Assembly: GCA_012026655.1 (NCBI GenBank)
Contig: JAAILG010000022.1
Span: forward strand, 1-64,000
From: Hydrolagus affinis
Lineage: Eukaryota
Direction: 5' to 3'
Length of the DNA: 64,000 nt
The notes beneath the pieces are model-generated. The model did no database searches. It was not told the DNA's origin and worked only from the letters and a program-made list of their open reading frames with translations. Below are positions 47,724 through 61,875 of the stretch, piece by piece; within the stretch, counting starts at the first letter, position 1, and every line of letters starts with the position of its first letter. The translations under genes were made by a program, and so were the position numbers.

Positions 47724-48264
47724 AAATACTTCACAAGGTAAAAATGAAGGTAACAACACACTATGCTTATTTGGTTTAATATACATAATAAAATCTATTG
47801 TTCCTGCATTATTTATTTGCTCTTTGAACTAAAAGGGTTTACTTTCCTCGTGGAGTATGTCATGTTTCTAATCAGAATATTCGGACTGAGAAGTTAATTG
47901 AATTTCCTCTCTGTCTTTCTCTCCCTCTCCCCCCACTCCCTAATTACCTCAATTGGTATTTTTATTCCAGCAGCACAAAACTTTAACCGCCCTGGTAAAC
48001 CTACATAAGAATGTGTGAATTAATATTTGCACTGCCTAAAGACAGGATTATCCCTCACTGTTACTTTTCAAAGATTATAATGATCCCTTTAATTATTTTT
48101 AAAACAATAAATTGTTGGTTTATTGAAATAATTAAAAAACTTGAAATTAAGTCCAGGAATAGTCCAGGAAATTAAGATGCTCACAAAGTACTCGTCAGTT
48201 TGATCGTTTTGTCTTTTGTAGTTTACGGTTTATTATGTACTACTTACTGCATATCAAGTGCTTG

Positions 48265-48340
48265 TTTCAGCGCCTTGGGACGTCCTCCCGACGTGAAAGG
48301 CGCTCTATAAATGTAATTTGTTGTTGTTGTAATTTGTTGT
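48265..48340 (+). mobile_element. L2 3' tail
   Basis: cagcgccttgggacgtcctcccgacgtgaaaggcgctctataaatgtaatttgttgttgtt. Confidence 0.85.
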
Positions 48341-51300
48341 CTAGTATTCTTGTTTATTTCCATAGCTGAAGCATGTGAAGCTATTGGCTTTGTTCTTTGT
48401 AAAATTCTATAATGTATCCCATACATATCCTGGAATGAAGCTCAATGCTCTACAACCATGGAAGGCTTTCTCCCATGTCTCATTTGTAGATTTATCCTCC
48501 TTTAAAGTTATTTTTTATTTTACACCAAACCCAAGAAGAGGCGGTCATGTAACCATTTAAAATGGTTATTGTATTTCAGGACACAATGGACCCAGGTCGA
48601 GCAGTGATACACTTCACCAAATAAGGAAGAAGAACCACTAATTTAACAGGAATCTACATAGTTAGAGGAATCTCACGTAAAGAATATGCACTGGTTTAAA
48701 TTGGAATTACCTTACTATAATGGGAAGGCAAACACATGACGATACATTTTTAAATGCAGAAGTACAAAACAAGTAAAGGGGAATAAAAAGATCATGATCA
48801 GTGTTTTTTGGAGAGTTTAAGTGTGCCATATTTCCATATTCTTTACTTTCCAACTTTTCTACATCTCTTGAATTTTTTTTCCCCTTTGGCAATTGTTGCT
48901 TTGGAATCATGCCCAAAGTTGCTTGAATGACAAATCACTACCAGATGATGCTACAAGTTCTACATTAGACATTTCCTCCAGCGATAAAACAGCTTGAGGC
49001 CCAGTGAAAAACATTGTCTAGAGTGCTAACATAATTACAAAACAAGTCTTTCTGTAGCATTTCTTCTTTTTTTATGATGTGTTATTTGTTTAGATTTATT
49101 CATTAAGAATAGTATGATTTCTCATTTTGGTAAATGTTTTCTATATTTATTCTTTTAGAGTTAAATGATTAAATATTTTACATACTTTTATGAGTCAGCT
49201 TAAGAAAATAATTCTTTCTGTGAACGTATAATTATGTGCACAGTGATAAAGAAAAGACATTCATCTTTATATTTACACTTCAACAATAACAGGCACCTTC
49301 TGATTTTATAATGAAAAATGTTTTATGTAGCTTTTTAAATTTTTGTTTGATCTTTCTTTCCTGAAATTTTTCATGATATTTATTATCTCCAGAATCCTTT
49401 GATGTGTCGCAGACAGTTCTAATTATGGTATTTCCACTGTACTGAATTCTTACCTTCTTGAGCTTCTCATTTTACAGTATGAAATAGAACTGATATCAAC
49501 CCCACACAGAGATCTGCATTTTGTAAGAGTGAGGGATTGAGGAAAATGTATATGACATGGTTTCCTTCTGCACATTGGAACTGCTTTTACAGTGGTAGCA
49601 TGTCAACAGGAAAGCATCAACTCACTCAGTGCTTCAAAATCGGAATTAAAATGTCCAAAATTTCCCAAACTGTAAGATGGAGGTAAAACAACATCAAAGG
49701 GTCACGTCTAGACGACACCTTCCTGTCTCATAACATTGCGTGCAACTCCTTCTCAGATGGAGAATCGAAAGAGGAATGCTGTCAAATCTCATTGAATGTA
49801 GATACTGATACTTGGTAATTTCTCAAGATAATGTCACTGAAGAAGGAAATCCTACAGACTAAACCCATTAAGCTCTCAAGGGAACCTTAACATGCGGGTT
49901 TCTATTTTAATGTGTTTTTGTATTGAAGAGGACAACTCTGTCTATACGAACAGGAAAATGTTGTACTTGGTCAGGTTTGTTAGTCATTTTAATTAACCCA
50001 AATCTATCCAATTTGAAAGAAATTATGATTCCATAATAATACAATGGACTTGAATAAAATTCGTTAAATAAACCTATTCTTAGTAAATGTAGAATTGATC
50101 AGATAAAGGCAGTCCATAATTCTAATAATTACCTTGATTACCTCATATTTCCTGCAATGGTTTTTATAGAACAGCAAAATAAAGTTTTTAAATTCACAAC
50201 AAAATTTATCATTTTGCTACCAATATTTGTGAATTTAGGAAGTCCCAAATGCATATAATGGTGAATAAAATAATGTGTTTTCTTGGCACCGTTTGCTTCC
50301 ATATTTTGAACTCTCCAATTCCAAGAATATTGTTTTTGAATCAGACAATTTTGCTATAGCAAAGTACACTAATAATGCAATAAAATAATATTCACTGCTC
50401 TCTGATATCTTCATTTATAGCAGGCCATTTACAACAATCCATTTCTGCATATGATTATATTTTAAAGTCACTTAGACCCTCAACCCTCAATGGTTAATCT
50501 ATATTTGATGCTTTTCAGTTTGTTTCGGTCTTGAATAAACCTATGCCTTTTTCTAGTTTTTCGTTAAAAAGGAAAGAATATTCAACACTTCTTAAAACTA
50601 GGATCGATTAACTTTTGGAAGATAAATGGAGGGAAAGACTGCGTTTTATTTCCAAAATATGTTTTGGACATTACTTCCAGGTCAAACCAATGTTTTGAAT
50701 TCTGTTTCCTGTTTGATAATGGCTATCATTCCGCTGAATAACTGTATCCTTTAGCTCCTGTCATCAGTCCACTTTACACTTCCTTATGATTGCATGCATT
50801 GTACCTGGATATTTACAAGTAGGGCACGCAAAGACAGTGCCCATCCTTCCAGTTTCTATGTCACAGGATATAGTTAGTGCTTTTATTTTGCTTTGAGCTT
50901 GTCAAGTATTCATATTAGAAATGAATACAAAGAAACAGGATGTGCCAAGAAACTTACAAATGTTTTCAAAACAAATCTGTGACAAGTTTGTATTTAACAT
51001 TAACTGAACTTAATACCTCACCGTTTAATACCAATAGTTAGGCATTAAACTGAATTTGCACTCAAAATCTGTCCCAGTCTAAATCAAGTTTTACATAGTT
51101 ATACAATAATCATGTACATAGTCATAGTCAATTACTGTATTAATGTAAGAATGAGAGATTGAGGAAAATGTAGTTAGTATGTAGTTAGTAAACATTTTGC
51201 TCTTATTTATTTTGTATTAAAACAATATTTCTTCTCCATTATATTAATACAAAATTGATGTGATGTACTACAATCGAGGGGTTAGAAAGATACATTTTCA

Positions 51301-52402
51301 CTAATTGTTTATAGAAATAGTTACTGGAGGCATTTTAAAAAGGAACGAATATTCAAATCCTTTTCACATCCCTGATTGTCCAATGCCTTGGGACATCCTC
51401 TCAATGTGAAAGTTACTATAAAGATGTAATTTGTGGTTCCAAATCATTTTTGACAACGATCACATAATGCTATCACTAGTTCAATCTAAGAAATTCCATA
51501 ATACTGGCATTGTGCCATCACTTACAATTGAAAGTTAAATAAATAAATGACAAAAAAATATTACTTGCACATTATCCATTGGAATGGGTTTTCAGTGGGT
51601 AATGATCCGTGACTAGGAGAGAAATTAGGCCCTTAAATTTGCACCCTACAGCAGACCCTGCCCGTATATTTTAGATTAGCACTTCAGTGCGGTATTGAGT
51701 AAAAAGATTACCCTTCAATTTTAAAGGAAGATATTATTATGTTATTTTTAGCTCACCACTCTCTTTAGTTCAGTAAATGTATTGTAAAGTTGTGGATGTT
51801 TTAGATATACAGTATATCAATATGCAAATGAATCATTCATCATCTACATTATTTCACTGTTGTCCCCAATAATTTTTTGTTTAAAAGGAAAGAATGTTCA
51901 ACACCTCTTAAAACCAGAATCCATTAACGTTTGGAAGATAAATGGAAGGATAAATGAAGATAAATGCAGAGTTAAGCACCTTAGAATTCCTAGTGTATGG
52001 ACAGTAGTTGTGAAGCAATGAGCAGTAATGTCATCTATGAATGAGGAACATATTCATGTTCAGTTGTATCACTTTGCTTTTAGTTGTTACCAGCTGGACT
52101 GACTTTAAATCTAACAACATTATACTTTCAAATTTATAACCTAGACACACTATATAGTTGGACATCAGCATGCCAAGATTTATGAGGCCAATTGTTTACT
52201 TTAGGTCACTATGAAACTTAAAGAAATGTAAATAGATTGCGTTAAGAGTGTCATTAATTTGTGTAAGCAGTTTGGTGTCAGTGCACTGCCTCACATAAAC
52301 TAGACTTTTAATTTAAGCAACCTGTTTTTGAGCTGTTCACTGCATACTAGTTTCAGTTGAACATTTGTTCAGAATGTATGGGTTCAGCCACAACCTGGTC
52401 TA

Positions 52403-52487
52403 AACGCCTTGGGCCGTTCTCCAGTGGCTTGGGACATCCTCCCGATGTGAAAAGCGCTTTATAAGTGTAATTTTGTTGTTGTTGTTG
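52403..52487 (+). mobile_element. L2 3' tail
   Basis: Family match with (GTT)n tail. Confidence 0.8.
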
Positions 52488-52595
52488 CAAACCAAAGCAG
52501 AACTATCAGCAGCGATCTGACAACCCAGAGTGGGAATCGGGGGCCCATTATTTAAAGGATGCTAAAGAAAATAATGTGCTATAAATATAATGTGC

Positions 52596-52972
52596 TGTGG
52601 AATCCTGTAGCTTAGTGATTTGAGCACTTGCCTCTCAAACAAAAGATCTGGGTTTGATTCCCAATATTGTATAACATTGGCCAAGTTTCCTTACTCTACA
52701 CACCTCTGCTACCCAGCAGTAAATAGGAACCCAGCTGTTAGTCGATTGGAGGATCACTTTCCCCTGAGTAATAATTCCTTTAAAAAAATTTATAATAAAT
52801 TGATTGTTTAATCCATGACTGTTTGTTGGATGCTGCTGTGCACAATTGGCTGCCGCATATCGTCCACAAAATATGTAGCCAATTCACTTTGTAGTATATC
52901 CTGTGAAGCACTTTGAGATGTCTCGAAGACGTGATAAGGCACTATATCAAATGCAAGGATTATTATTATTAT
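52596..52972 (+). mobile_element. Full-length tRNA-derived Deu-type SINE
   Basis: gtggaatcctgtagcttagtg head through aaatgcaaggattattattatt tail. Confidence 0.88.
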
Positions 52973-54344
52973 CATGTGATGCTCCATCTTAACATTACAT
53001 TTGTGGAACATTTTCTGGCAGGAAATTGTTTTTATATTGCAACTGTTAAATGGGTAATAATACTTATATCATTATCATTGATCACAAATACCTGGTATGA
53101 AAAACATTCACTGGCTGGCACAAGATGAAATGTTTTAGTTGATTAATTCATTCTCTAAGACCACCCTCGTGGTGTTATGGTTATGTGTGACTAGGCTAAA
53201 AAAAAATCTTGCAATAATACACTGAATAGAGTGAGGTATGTGTCTGTGTTCAGTGTGAAGCTATGGCCCAGGTGAAATATGTGATTTTGACTTTGAAAAC
53301 TCAAAGCTAAACGTTTTATTTGAATGCAACAATAGAAGCTTGAGACAGTCTATATTAAATGTGGCTTCTGGTATTCTATTACATCATTCTCAAATCTTTA
53401 CAGAAAACATTAATCCCAAATTTAGAAATTATAAATGGAAACACATCATCATGTACATATTTACCATGTTTTCCAACCATTAAATATATATTTGTAATCT
53501 AGCAGTTTAAAGAAACTGTCTACAGAGCTTTAAATGTTTTGATAAAGGTGAAAATGAATACGTCTCATACATTTCCCTTTATTAACTAGCATGAGGAAGA
53601 AATTTCAATGTTAGAGCAACAGCTCATATAGCTCTGACTATTTAACCATGCGTATACTCAAATAATTTCTAAAAGAGATGCAAATTGTAATTGCAGTGAG
53701 AAGATGCATTTGCATTCTCATTCCCATTTAATACTAAATGCAATTTACTTTAACCAAGTAAGAAAATATAAATTCCCATTTCACTGCATTAAAGTGCAAA
53801 ATTAATAACAGCAAGTTCCTTAATGAAGTTCAAGTGAACTTCAACTTAAAACTTCTTTTGAAGTTTAATGACTATTAGCTAACAGCAAAGCTCCTTAAAC
53901 AGCAATCAGATTAATGACTATTTAACCATTGGGCAGTGTGGGAGAAGTAAGAGAACTTGCTGCTTCTCATCAAAATATTAGCAGAATCTATAACATCCAT
54001 CAGAATAGGCAAACAGAGCCCTTCATTGGAAACCTTATCCAAAAGATCTCCAAACAATACAAAACTCTCAATATAATGTCACTGTAGATTCTATAAGATG
54101 AGTTCAAATCCTGGTTCAAAAATGGCTCAAAAATGACTTTCTGAACCTGAGACAAGAGTGGGCGTCTTGCATCGGCTATTGACTCCCTTGTTCTGTCAGG
54201 GGATGCAATATTATCAAGACTAACCCGTCTGTGAATCCTATTTTGTCAATTTGTGGCAAACTAGAAGATGGTGTTTGGCAGCAATCAAACAGACATTTGC
54301 CCCTTCTCCTTCACCCAGTATACAAATGTAATCTTATTGCTTAT

Positions 54345-54484
54345 TGAATTCTGACTAAGTGTCGTGGACTCGAAACGTTGATTCACTTTTCCTTTCCGCA
54401 TAAGTGCTGCCTGACCTGCTTGAGTTTTCCCAGCAATTTCTGTTTTTGTTTCAGATTTCCAGCATCTGCAGTATTTTGCATTTT
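54345..54484 (+). mobile_element. Penelope-like element terminal fragment with degenerate minimal hammerhead motif
   Basis: CTGACTA...GAAACGTT core followed by tgctgcctgacctgcttgag...cagatttccagcatctgcag, which I recognise from memory as a common shark repeat. Confidence 0.6.
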
Positions 54485-54494
54485 ATAATTTTTT

Positions 54495-54837
54495 TAATAA
54501 TAATAATAATCCTTGCATTTGATGTAGCGCTTTTCACATCTTATCGAGTCCCAAAGCGCTTCACAGAATATACTGTAAAGTGAACTGACTGTATATATTT
54601 GTGGGCGAATCACGGCAGCCAATTGCGCACAGCAGTGTCCCACACACAGCCGTGGATTGAAATGACCAATTATATTATTGTGGTTTTTTTTGGAGCGATT
54701 ATTATTAGGCATGTGGAGTAAAGAAACTTGCCCAAGGTTTCGCCCTGACCTGCCTGGATTCGAACACAGGTCTCCCCAGCTTGGTCTCCCCAGCTTGCAA
54801 GACAAGTGCTCTAACCATTGAGCCACAGGAGCTCCAC
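54495..54837 (-). mobile_element. tRNA-derived Deu-type SINE
   Basis: Head with internal duplication (ggtctccccagctt x2), Deu segment, tail. Confidence 0.88.
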
Positions 54838-57800
54838 TTTTATTGTTATTGTATGAAGATTTGGAAATCCAATGAGATCCAAACATCAGGAATTGCAAAT
54901 TGAGCTGAATACAGTCGGTGACATTCATTCACCAATTGCATTAAAGACATCCAGAATTGCTAGATTTACTATCTCCGGTGACTTTTTAGTGAGGGTAACA
55001 ATACAGTTGTGATCGAGACTTGAACGGAAATATGGGGCTTCACATCTGACAATTATAGGCAGATTTTATTGAATGTTACCAATAATATGCTCAAATCTCC
55101 ACATAGACACAGACATGATATACAAGACAGCTAAGATTTGTGAGATTGAATGAATGAATGAATGAATGTGTCAGAATCTGTCAGGAAAGTTTTGGCATTC
55201 CACTTTTGGTGCTGTTGTTTCTGAAGCAGCTGCAGATCAATGTTGACACAAGCACATTGCATGTTGCATTCAGTGTAATTGGAAACAAAAGCAACGACAT
55301 GCAAGACAACAACTAAAAGAATCTGACAAACTGTTTTTGGCCCCCCTAGTAATGTTATCTTTGGCAAATATCAGGAAGAACTTATATTATCAAAAGATGT
55401 TTTATTTGACAAAAGGATGATATTTGGAGACACATACAAAAACACAGGTCCAGAAGATAAGGTATTAGGAACAGGTGCAGCTTTTAAGATGAAACAGAGT
55501 TTTACTCCTTAATGGGTTTTCCTTAAATGGGCATGCTTAGATTTCAAAAAAGTTGGTTCCAAAAGGAATTGTCCAGAGAAGAAGAGGTTTAAGTTAATTG
55601 ATATAATATATATTTTCTTACTCTACTCAATAGCTTTGTGGAAGAATTCCAGAAAATCTATCAAAAATAATAAGAATACGAATAATAAATTGTTCAGTTG
55701 ATACAGAGAGTTTAGCTATCAAAAACCATCAAGAATATAATTTGGCTGAGCAATGTCATTCTGCCCACATACATTTTATCCTGTTATGAATTATACACCA
55801 GTCATTTAATTTATTGAGGGCAAATTCTGCAAATATTCCTTGATTTCCAAAGATCATCAAGAAATCCTTCAGAATATTGACACTTCCCATTTCATATGGC
55901 CATTTCAAGGCTTCCTTCTCCCCACCCCCACCCCAGCAGCAAAGGAACTATTTTGTCTTTTGTGTCTTGTAGATTCTTATCTTTTTAGTCCATACCTCTG
56001 TGATACTAACTCTGAACCCATGCCCAACAGAAGGCTTATGAAAAAGTATTCTATTATTTTACTCATTCACTGAAGCACAGCTTTGTAGTCACATTTTACG
56101 TTTACAAATCTTAAAGTGATTAGTTATATTAACATTGTGATCTGCTTGCAGTCCCTCCTTTACCTGCCATGAATGGACATTAACTGATTGCCCACAAAGC
56201 AAAAGTGATTAATGTAGCTGCGGTTTGCAAGCAGTGTACAACTGATAAAGGCAATGTGTACAAATAAAGCAATCTGGTCTGAATGCAGCTGGGAATCAGA
56301 TGCTGTTGGCAAGTATTATTTTAACCAAATGAGTGGATTTCCTTACACCTCAACAGTGTATGTTGCACTTCAACTAATTATCTGTGCCTGATGTAGACAC
56401 AGTGAGTAAGGCAGCAAAAGAAATAATAAACATAGGATACCAACACAGTTGCCAGGAGGAAAAGAATCTTATTTTTAGAATACATTTTGCTTTAACGAAT
56501 GTATTCACTTCACACATACACACACAACTGGCAGCCAGATGCCTTTATATGGTCCTTTTGGCATAGACAGTATTTTTTTAAAAAGAATGTTTAACACCCA
56601 TCCCAGTCTGATGGGCTGCTAGAGTGGAAAGAACAAAGACCTACATGTTATCCTAATCAAAACATACTGAAAAACTAAACTTAAAAGTCTATTTCCTTAG
56701 CTGCACTATTTACCCAAATACATGTATTACTATCAACACACTTTACATGATTATTCAACAACTGCAGCAATAGATATTGACTCAGAGTTAGGCAACTATG
56801 TTGCTATTATTATGGATATTATAATAATTAATATTCTTAGTGTATTGTTCCAACTGGTTGCTGTATTCTGACAAAATACGCATACTCCACTTTACGATAC
56901 ATTGATAAGTTGTTATATGAAATGCAAGGATTAATATTATGATTAGTAGTATTATCATGCGCGATTATTATTGAATCTCATCTGAAATGATTCAATATTT
57001 GAGAGGCTTGACACCTGATGTTCCGTGGGCAGGTTAATAAGGAAGAAGGTTTGATGGCATTCTAAACGTTATTGAACCAAGGAGTTTCAGTTGTATTTTA
57101 ATGTAAATACCTGTACATGCGTGCAGAGCATGTAAAATAATAAGGGGAGGGTGGGGGGGGTGGGAGATAATTAGATACAACTCTAATAATAATGGGTAAC
57201 AAGTTCATTAAGCCTTTGCAGGCATTAGGCCTTTTGCTGTTCTAGTTAGGGTCCATGGTTTGATTGGTTAGGAGAAGATGATATCAAACTGACTCTATTC
57301 AGGTTGATGTTAAAGATCCCAGATTGCATTTCCTTCTTATTATTCTTAAAGTGTAGTGCTTTGAAATTTTTCAACATGATAAAGTACTGTATCGATGCAA
57401 GCATTATTGTAGTTATTTAACCAATCCTGTGATTTTCCTTCTCTGTGTTCAGTGCCTCTCCATCCTGGGACGGCTATGACAGCTAACTAATTATAGGGGA
57501 GCTGGAGACATAAATCTAAATTTTACTCTATTGTTCTATAACATTACACCATCCCAACATGACTACGTTGCTAAAATTGCAATATGAAATAAACTTTGAT
57601 GGGAAAGTTATGAAGATGATCAAGAAGATTTGGAAAAAGACAATAGAATTGTTGTATCCAATAAAGTGTGTATGTGCCTGTGTCTTCCAGTTTGAAGGAC
57701 ATATGTTTAAAGTAACTCCCTATTCCTTGATATAGGGAGTTCAAATTGCAAAGCTTGCCTGCAGTTGAAAGAAAACTGGTGCAAACAGAAATCAGTTTGA

Positions 57801-58489
57801 TTTCTCTCCAGCAGCACAGAAAAGGTAAATAGGTACTGCAATACAGTAAGGATGGCATGATTGCCTTTCCCCTAATTGTATATTCGTTTATGGTCAGATC
57901 TTTCAAAAACAGATAAAATAGGAAAATGTGCTATTTGAAAAGTCTATAGACTGCTCAACATGCTGATGGCAGCTGTTCATGGTTTTTGCCATAGCATGTT
58001 AGCTATTGCAGCCTGCCAGCACTCTGTAAAATTGACAGGTCAGTACTGGTATGGGCCAAAGTGCTGTCAGGTCCATATTGAATCTGAACAGATGGAATTG
58101 TGCCAATGCCCTCTGGTACAATAGTCACATATTGGGAGGGGCAAGAGTTGATTCCCCTGAAAAAAAAATACAGGCTCTTCAACTGCCTCTGTTTCAGCTG
58201 CAGTAAATCCTCTAGAAAATGCAACATCATGTCAGCTCTCTCTCTGAACAGGAACATTTTAAACTTGGAGGATTAAGGGTGAAGGGGTTGATTTTTCAAG
58301 TGTTGTACATTAGGGCTTTCATTGGAAAATTTGAAACTGCAAAGCAAATAATTAATGAAAACGTGGAAACAACACATTTCCCCATCAGCAGCACTGAAGT
58401 GAAAACATATTGAATACATATTGCATATTTTTCAGAATGGAATTTTATGAACAGGCGCCTCATTTAGCTCAACATTGCCTTTGCTCTTT

Positions 58490-58770
58490 GTTATATTCCA
58501 ACTCTGCCTTACCACACTCAGTTACCCCTGCCCTCCTTGCTTCCTCCAAAAGTCCATTTGTTTCTTGAACCCATTTATATTGTTTGCTTCATTGCCTTAT
58601 TGGTAACTTATTCCATATGTCTACTCCCCTTTGTATTTAATAGACCTGTCTGAATTTCCTATTTACAGCTAATTTCTAAATTACCTCCCCTAGTTTTAGA
58701 AACCTTCATTAATGTGGCACTCCATCTGGTTTAACTTTATCAATCCCTTTCATAATTTAGCACCTTAAGA
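58490..58770 (-). mobile_element. Old CR1 fragment
   Basis: tttcttgaacccatt...ttattccatatg...ttatcaatccctttcataatttt resembles the reverse complement of a CR1 ORF2 end. Confidence 0.5.
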
Positions 58771-59252
58771 AGTAGGAAATGAGCCGCTTATTCCCCATAA
58801 GAAAGAGGGGGCATTATTCTCCAATTCACTTAGAATAGTGGACGAGACAGAGAAGAAGAAAAAAATCCTGGTTCATCTGCTTATGGATCAAAAATTATAA
58901 TTTGTTGTTCAAGAAGTGCTGGTTAAGGTGGTAATCAGTTAAGCTACACAAGTGCAGCTCCCCATCCACACCACAGAAAACAAGCCCAAGAGGATATCAT
59001 CAGCTATGTTAAAGTAATAGTCCATTAGTATTCTCAAAGTTCTTCTGTTTATATGTTAAAAAGCAAGTGTAATATGGGAGTTAGCCACATTGTATTGATT
59101 TATGAGTGCAGGGGTGTGTTGCTGTGACCAATTCTTTCTTACGGGGAATCTATATTTTATGCACTGGCAAAATAATTATTTTAAATGTAGAACCGAGTGT
59201 CTGCACCTGTTGTATGTTATTATTGTTTTGATGCTGGAGGTGTGGTTATATA

Positions 59253-59330
59253 CAACAACAATGGGCATTTATATAGCGCCCTCCCTGCAGGGTAGAACCT
59301 CAGAGCACTTAACAGAGGCAGAGCCTGGTT
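59253..59330 (-). mobile_element. L2-related tail (second subfamily)
   Basis: Homologous to 61876-61950. Confidence 0.65.
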
Positions 59331-60234
59331 CTGACTATGTATGCATGTCACCTCTCGAAATTGTGTGTACTGAGTTTATTTTAAAACATTTTTTTATAAA
59401 AAAGGTTATTTGATGTGTAAGAGAATTATACCACACATAAAATGCTTGTACCAATTCAACATAGTTACTTGAAATTATTCAACTGATACATTTAACATGC
59501 TTGAGTCTCTAGCTTTGCTTTTTAATCTTCACGATTACTTTGATGTATAACAGCTTATGCCAATAATTTACCCTGAGCCACATAAACCTTTTGCTTGTTT
59601 ATTTTAGACAACATTTTGTACTCTGTTTCTACGAAGTGTTTAACAGTAGTTCTGTTTTACACTTTGTAACTAATTGGTTCAGTTCTTTAAGTGCTCTGGG
59701 ACACTACCCTGTACTATATATAAATTAATTTGTTGAGTAATTCCAGATATGAAGGCTTCAGGCATTTTTGTTTTACTTTGCTAGTTTCTAATATCTCAAT
59801 ATGCAATTCTCACAGAACTGCTATAAAACCTATAGCAAAACTACAGTTACAGTTTTAAGAGGTGACATGTGTATATTGTCAATGTGTTTGAATTTATATT
59901 TCCTTTTTAAGCAGGATACTTACTGTTACCAATTTCATAAATTTTCTTCCCATTCATCTCTTGTATACTAAGTTGTCACTACATCATAAGTTCTCTCTCT
60001 GTTACTCACTGTTTAGAAGATTCCATTATCATCAGCATGCTATGACTGGCCTCCATCTTTAACCCAGGGCTACACTCCTCCAGGGCACTTTCATTGGTTT
60101 GATGCCAAAGTTTGACAATTTCTCATCCTGACATCAAGCAATGCTTCTTGCTCTCACTCAGGCTTCTGCTTTTCTCTCCTGAATCTGGGATAGAATTCAC
60201 ATACTGTATATCCATCCATTTTACAATCAACTTG

Positions 60235-60622
60235 ACTGAGTTGGTAGAACTCTTGCCTGTGGGCTTGAATATGTGGATTTAGTACCAGGTTAGGATTTGA
60301 GATCATTGTATATATAATCTGATCCTATATTGTCAGAGTTGTTCTCTCTTGGATGAGACACTAAACTGGGCCTCACTTGCTTGTTCAGGTGAAATGTAAA
60401 TATCCTGTGATGCTGCTTGAAAACAAAAGGGAATTTCTCCCAAAGTCATGGCCAACAATCCTCCAGATTATTTGGTGATTCATACCTCAATTGTGTTTCC
60501 AGAATCTTACTGGCACAAATGACTGCCATGTTTTTTTTAAGTCTCTGCAACAATTATCTGTAAAGTGCTTTGAGACGTTTTGTCATGGAACAGCACTTTA
60601 AAAATACAAGTTCTTTCTTTCC
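60235..60622 (+). mobile_element. Old full-length DeuSINE (SacSINE1/AmnSINE1-like)
   Basis: ttggatgagacactaaactggg...gttcaggtg...gtcatggccaaca...tgtaaagtgctttgagacg...caagttctttcttt. Confidence 0.7.
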
Positions 60623-61875
60623 CTATAAAGGTTTCCTGTGTCACTCAACAAGATTTACTGCCCAATGTGTCAGAGATGGAACAATCGCCCACACAAAAAA
60701 AAATTGTTGCATTTCACAGTTTATTCTGTGGAGCACTTTGGGACATCCTCCTGATGTGAATGGAATTATTTAAACTTTAAAGATTATTATTATTTTTATA
60801 ACATTAATCTTCATTTATCAGTACCTAGTGCCTGTCCCTTTCTTGTACCAAGTATTCTAGCTAATTTTACCCATGGAATGTTTATTCATTTTACTACTTT
60901 ATCAGAATGTGCTGAAAAAACATTGAAAAGTGTAGATCCAGAAATGAAGGAAACAATCAGCAAAACACCAAAACATTGGGAAATCTGCATAAAATTCACA
61001 AAACTTTGGCTTGTTCAAAATATATTTCCCAAAGCATTATGCAATTCCCAACCCTTAAAAAGTAGAATGGAATGACCCAACTCGATTTTAAAAAATTGGC
61101 ACAGAAATAATGTTTTATTCATTTATTTTAAAAGAAACTAACCTTTTCATTCTTCACAAATATAAAAAGACTTATTGAAGCCAAAATAAATAAACATAAG
61201 TTATATAGTAAAGCAACCTAGGAAATAGTGATTCTTTTGTCTGAAAAAAAACTCCTTAATCATTAGATGAACATTATCAGCCAACAGCTTTTTCAACAAT
61301 AAGCTTTCTAAAATAATTGTGAACCATTTCCTGAGATTTAGATTCATGTTGCGATAATAACAACAACAAAATTACATTTGTATAGCACCTTTCACGTTGG
61401 GAGGACATCCTAAGGTACTGATAAAACAAACCTACGGAAAACAGATACATTTAGAGTTTAAATAATTATCAATGCAACTTTTTTAAAGTTCATTGTACAG
61501 TTTTTACACTTAATTAGTTTATTTTCAAAGTGAGGCATAATTGCTTCCAAATTAAGGCTATATTTTTAAACTTGACGGACAACTGTATTGGAGAGCAAAA
61601 CTGAAGCTGTATGTAAATGTACTGTAACTAAATAAAGCACTCTGGGATGCTTCCCTGTGCGCGGATAGTTACATAATAGAAAGTTGCAGTTGTTGTAAAT
61701 CAAATATCAGTTTACCTAACTGCATAATGCAATGTATCCATGACCATAACATAGGCTTATCAATAGTAACAAACTATTAAGTGGCATCTTTTCTTTCATT
61801 AGAGATGGTAATCTTTTCCTTCTGAAAACAATTTTGATGGTACTAAACAGTTCACCTTTCAGAAACATTCCCATT

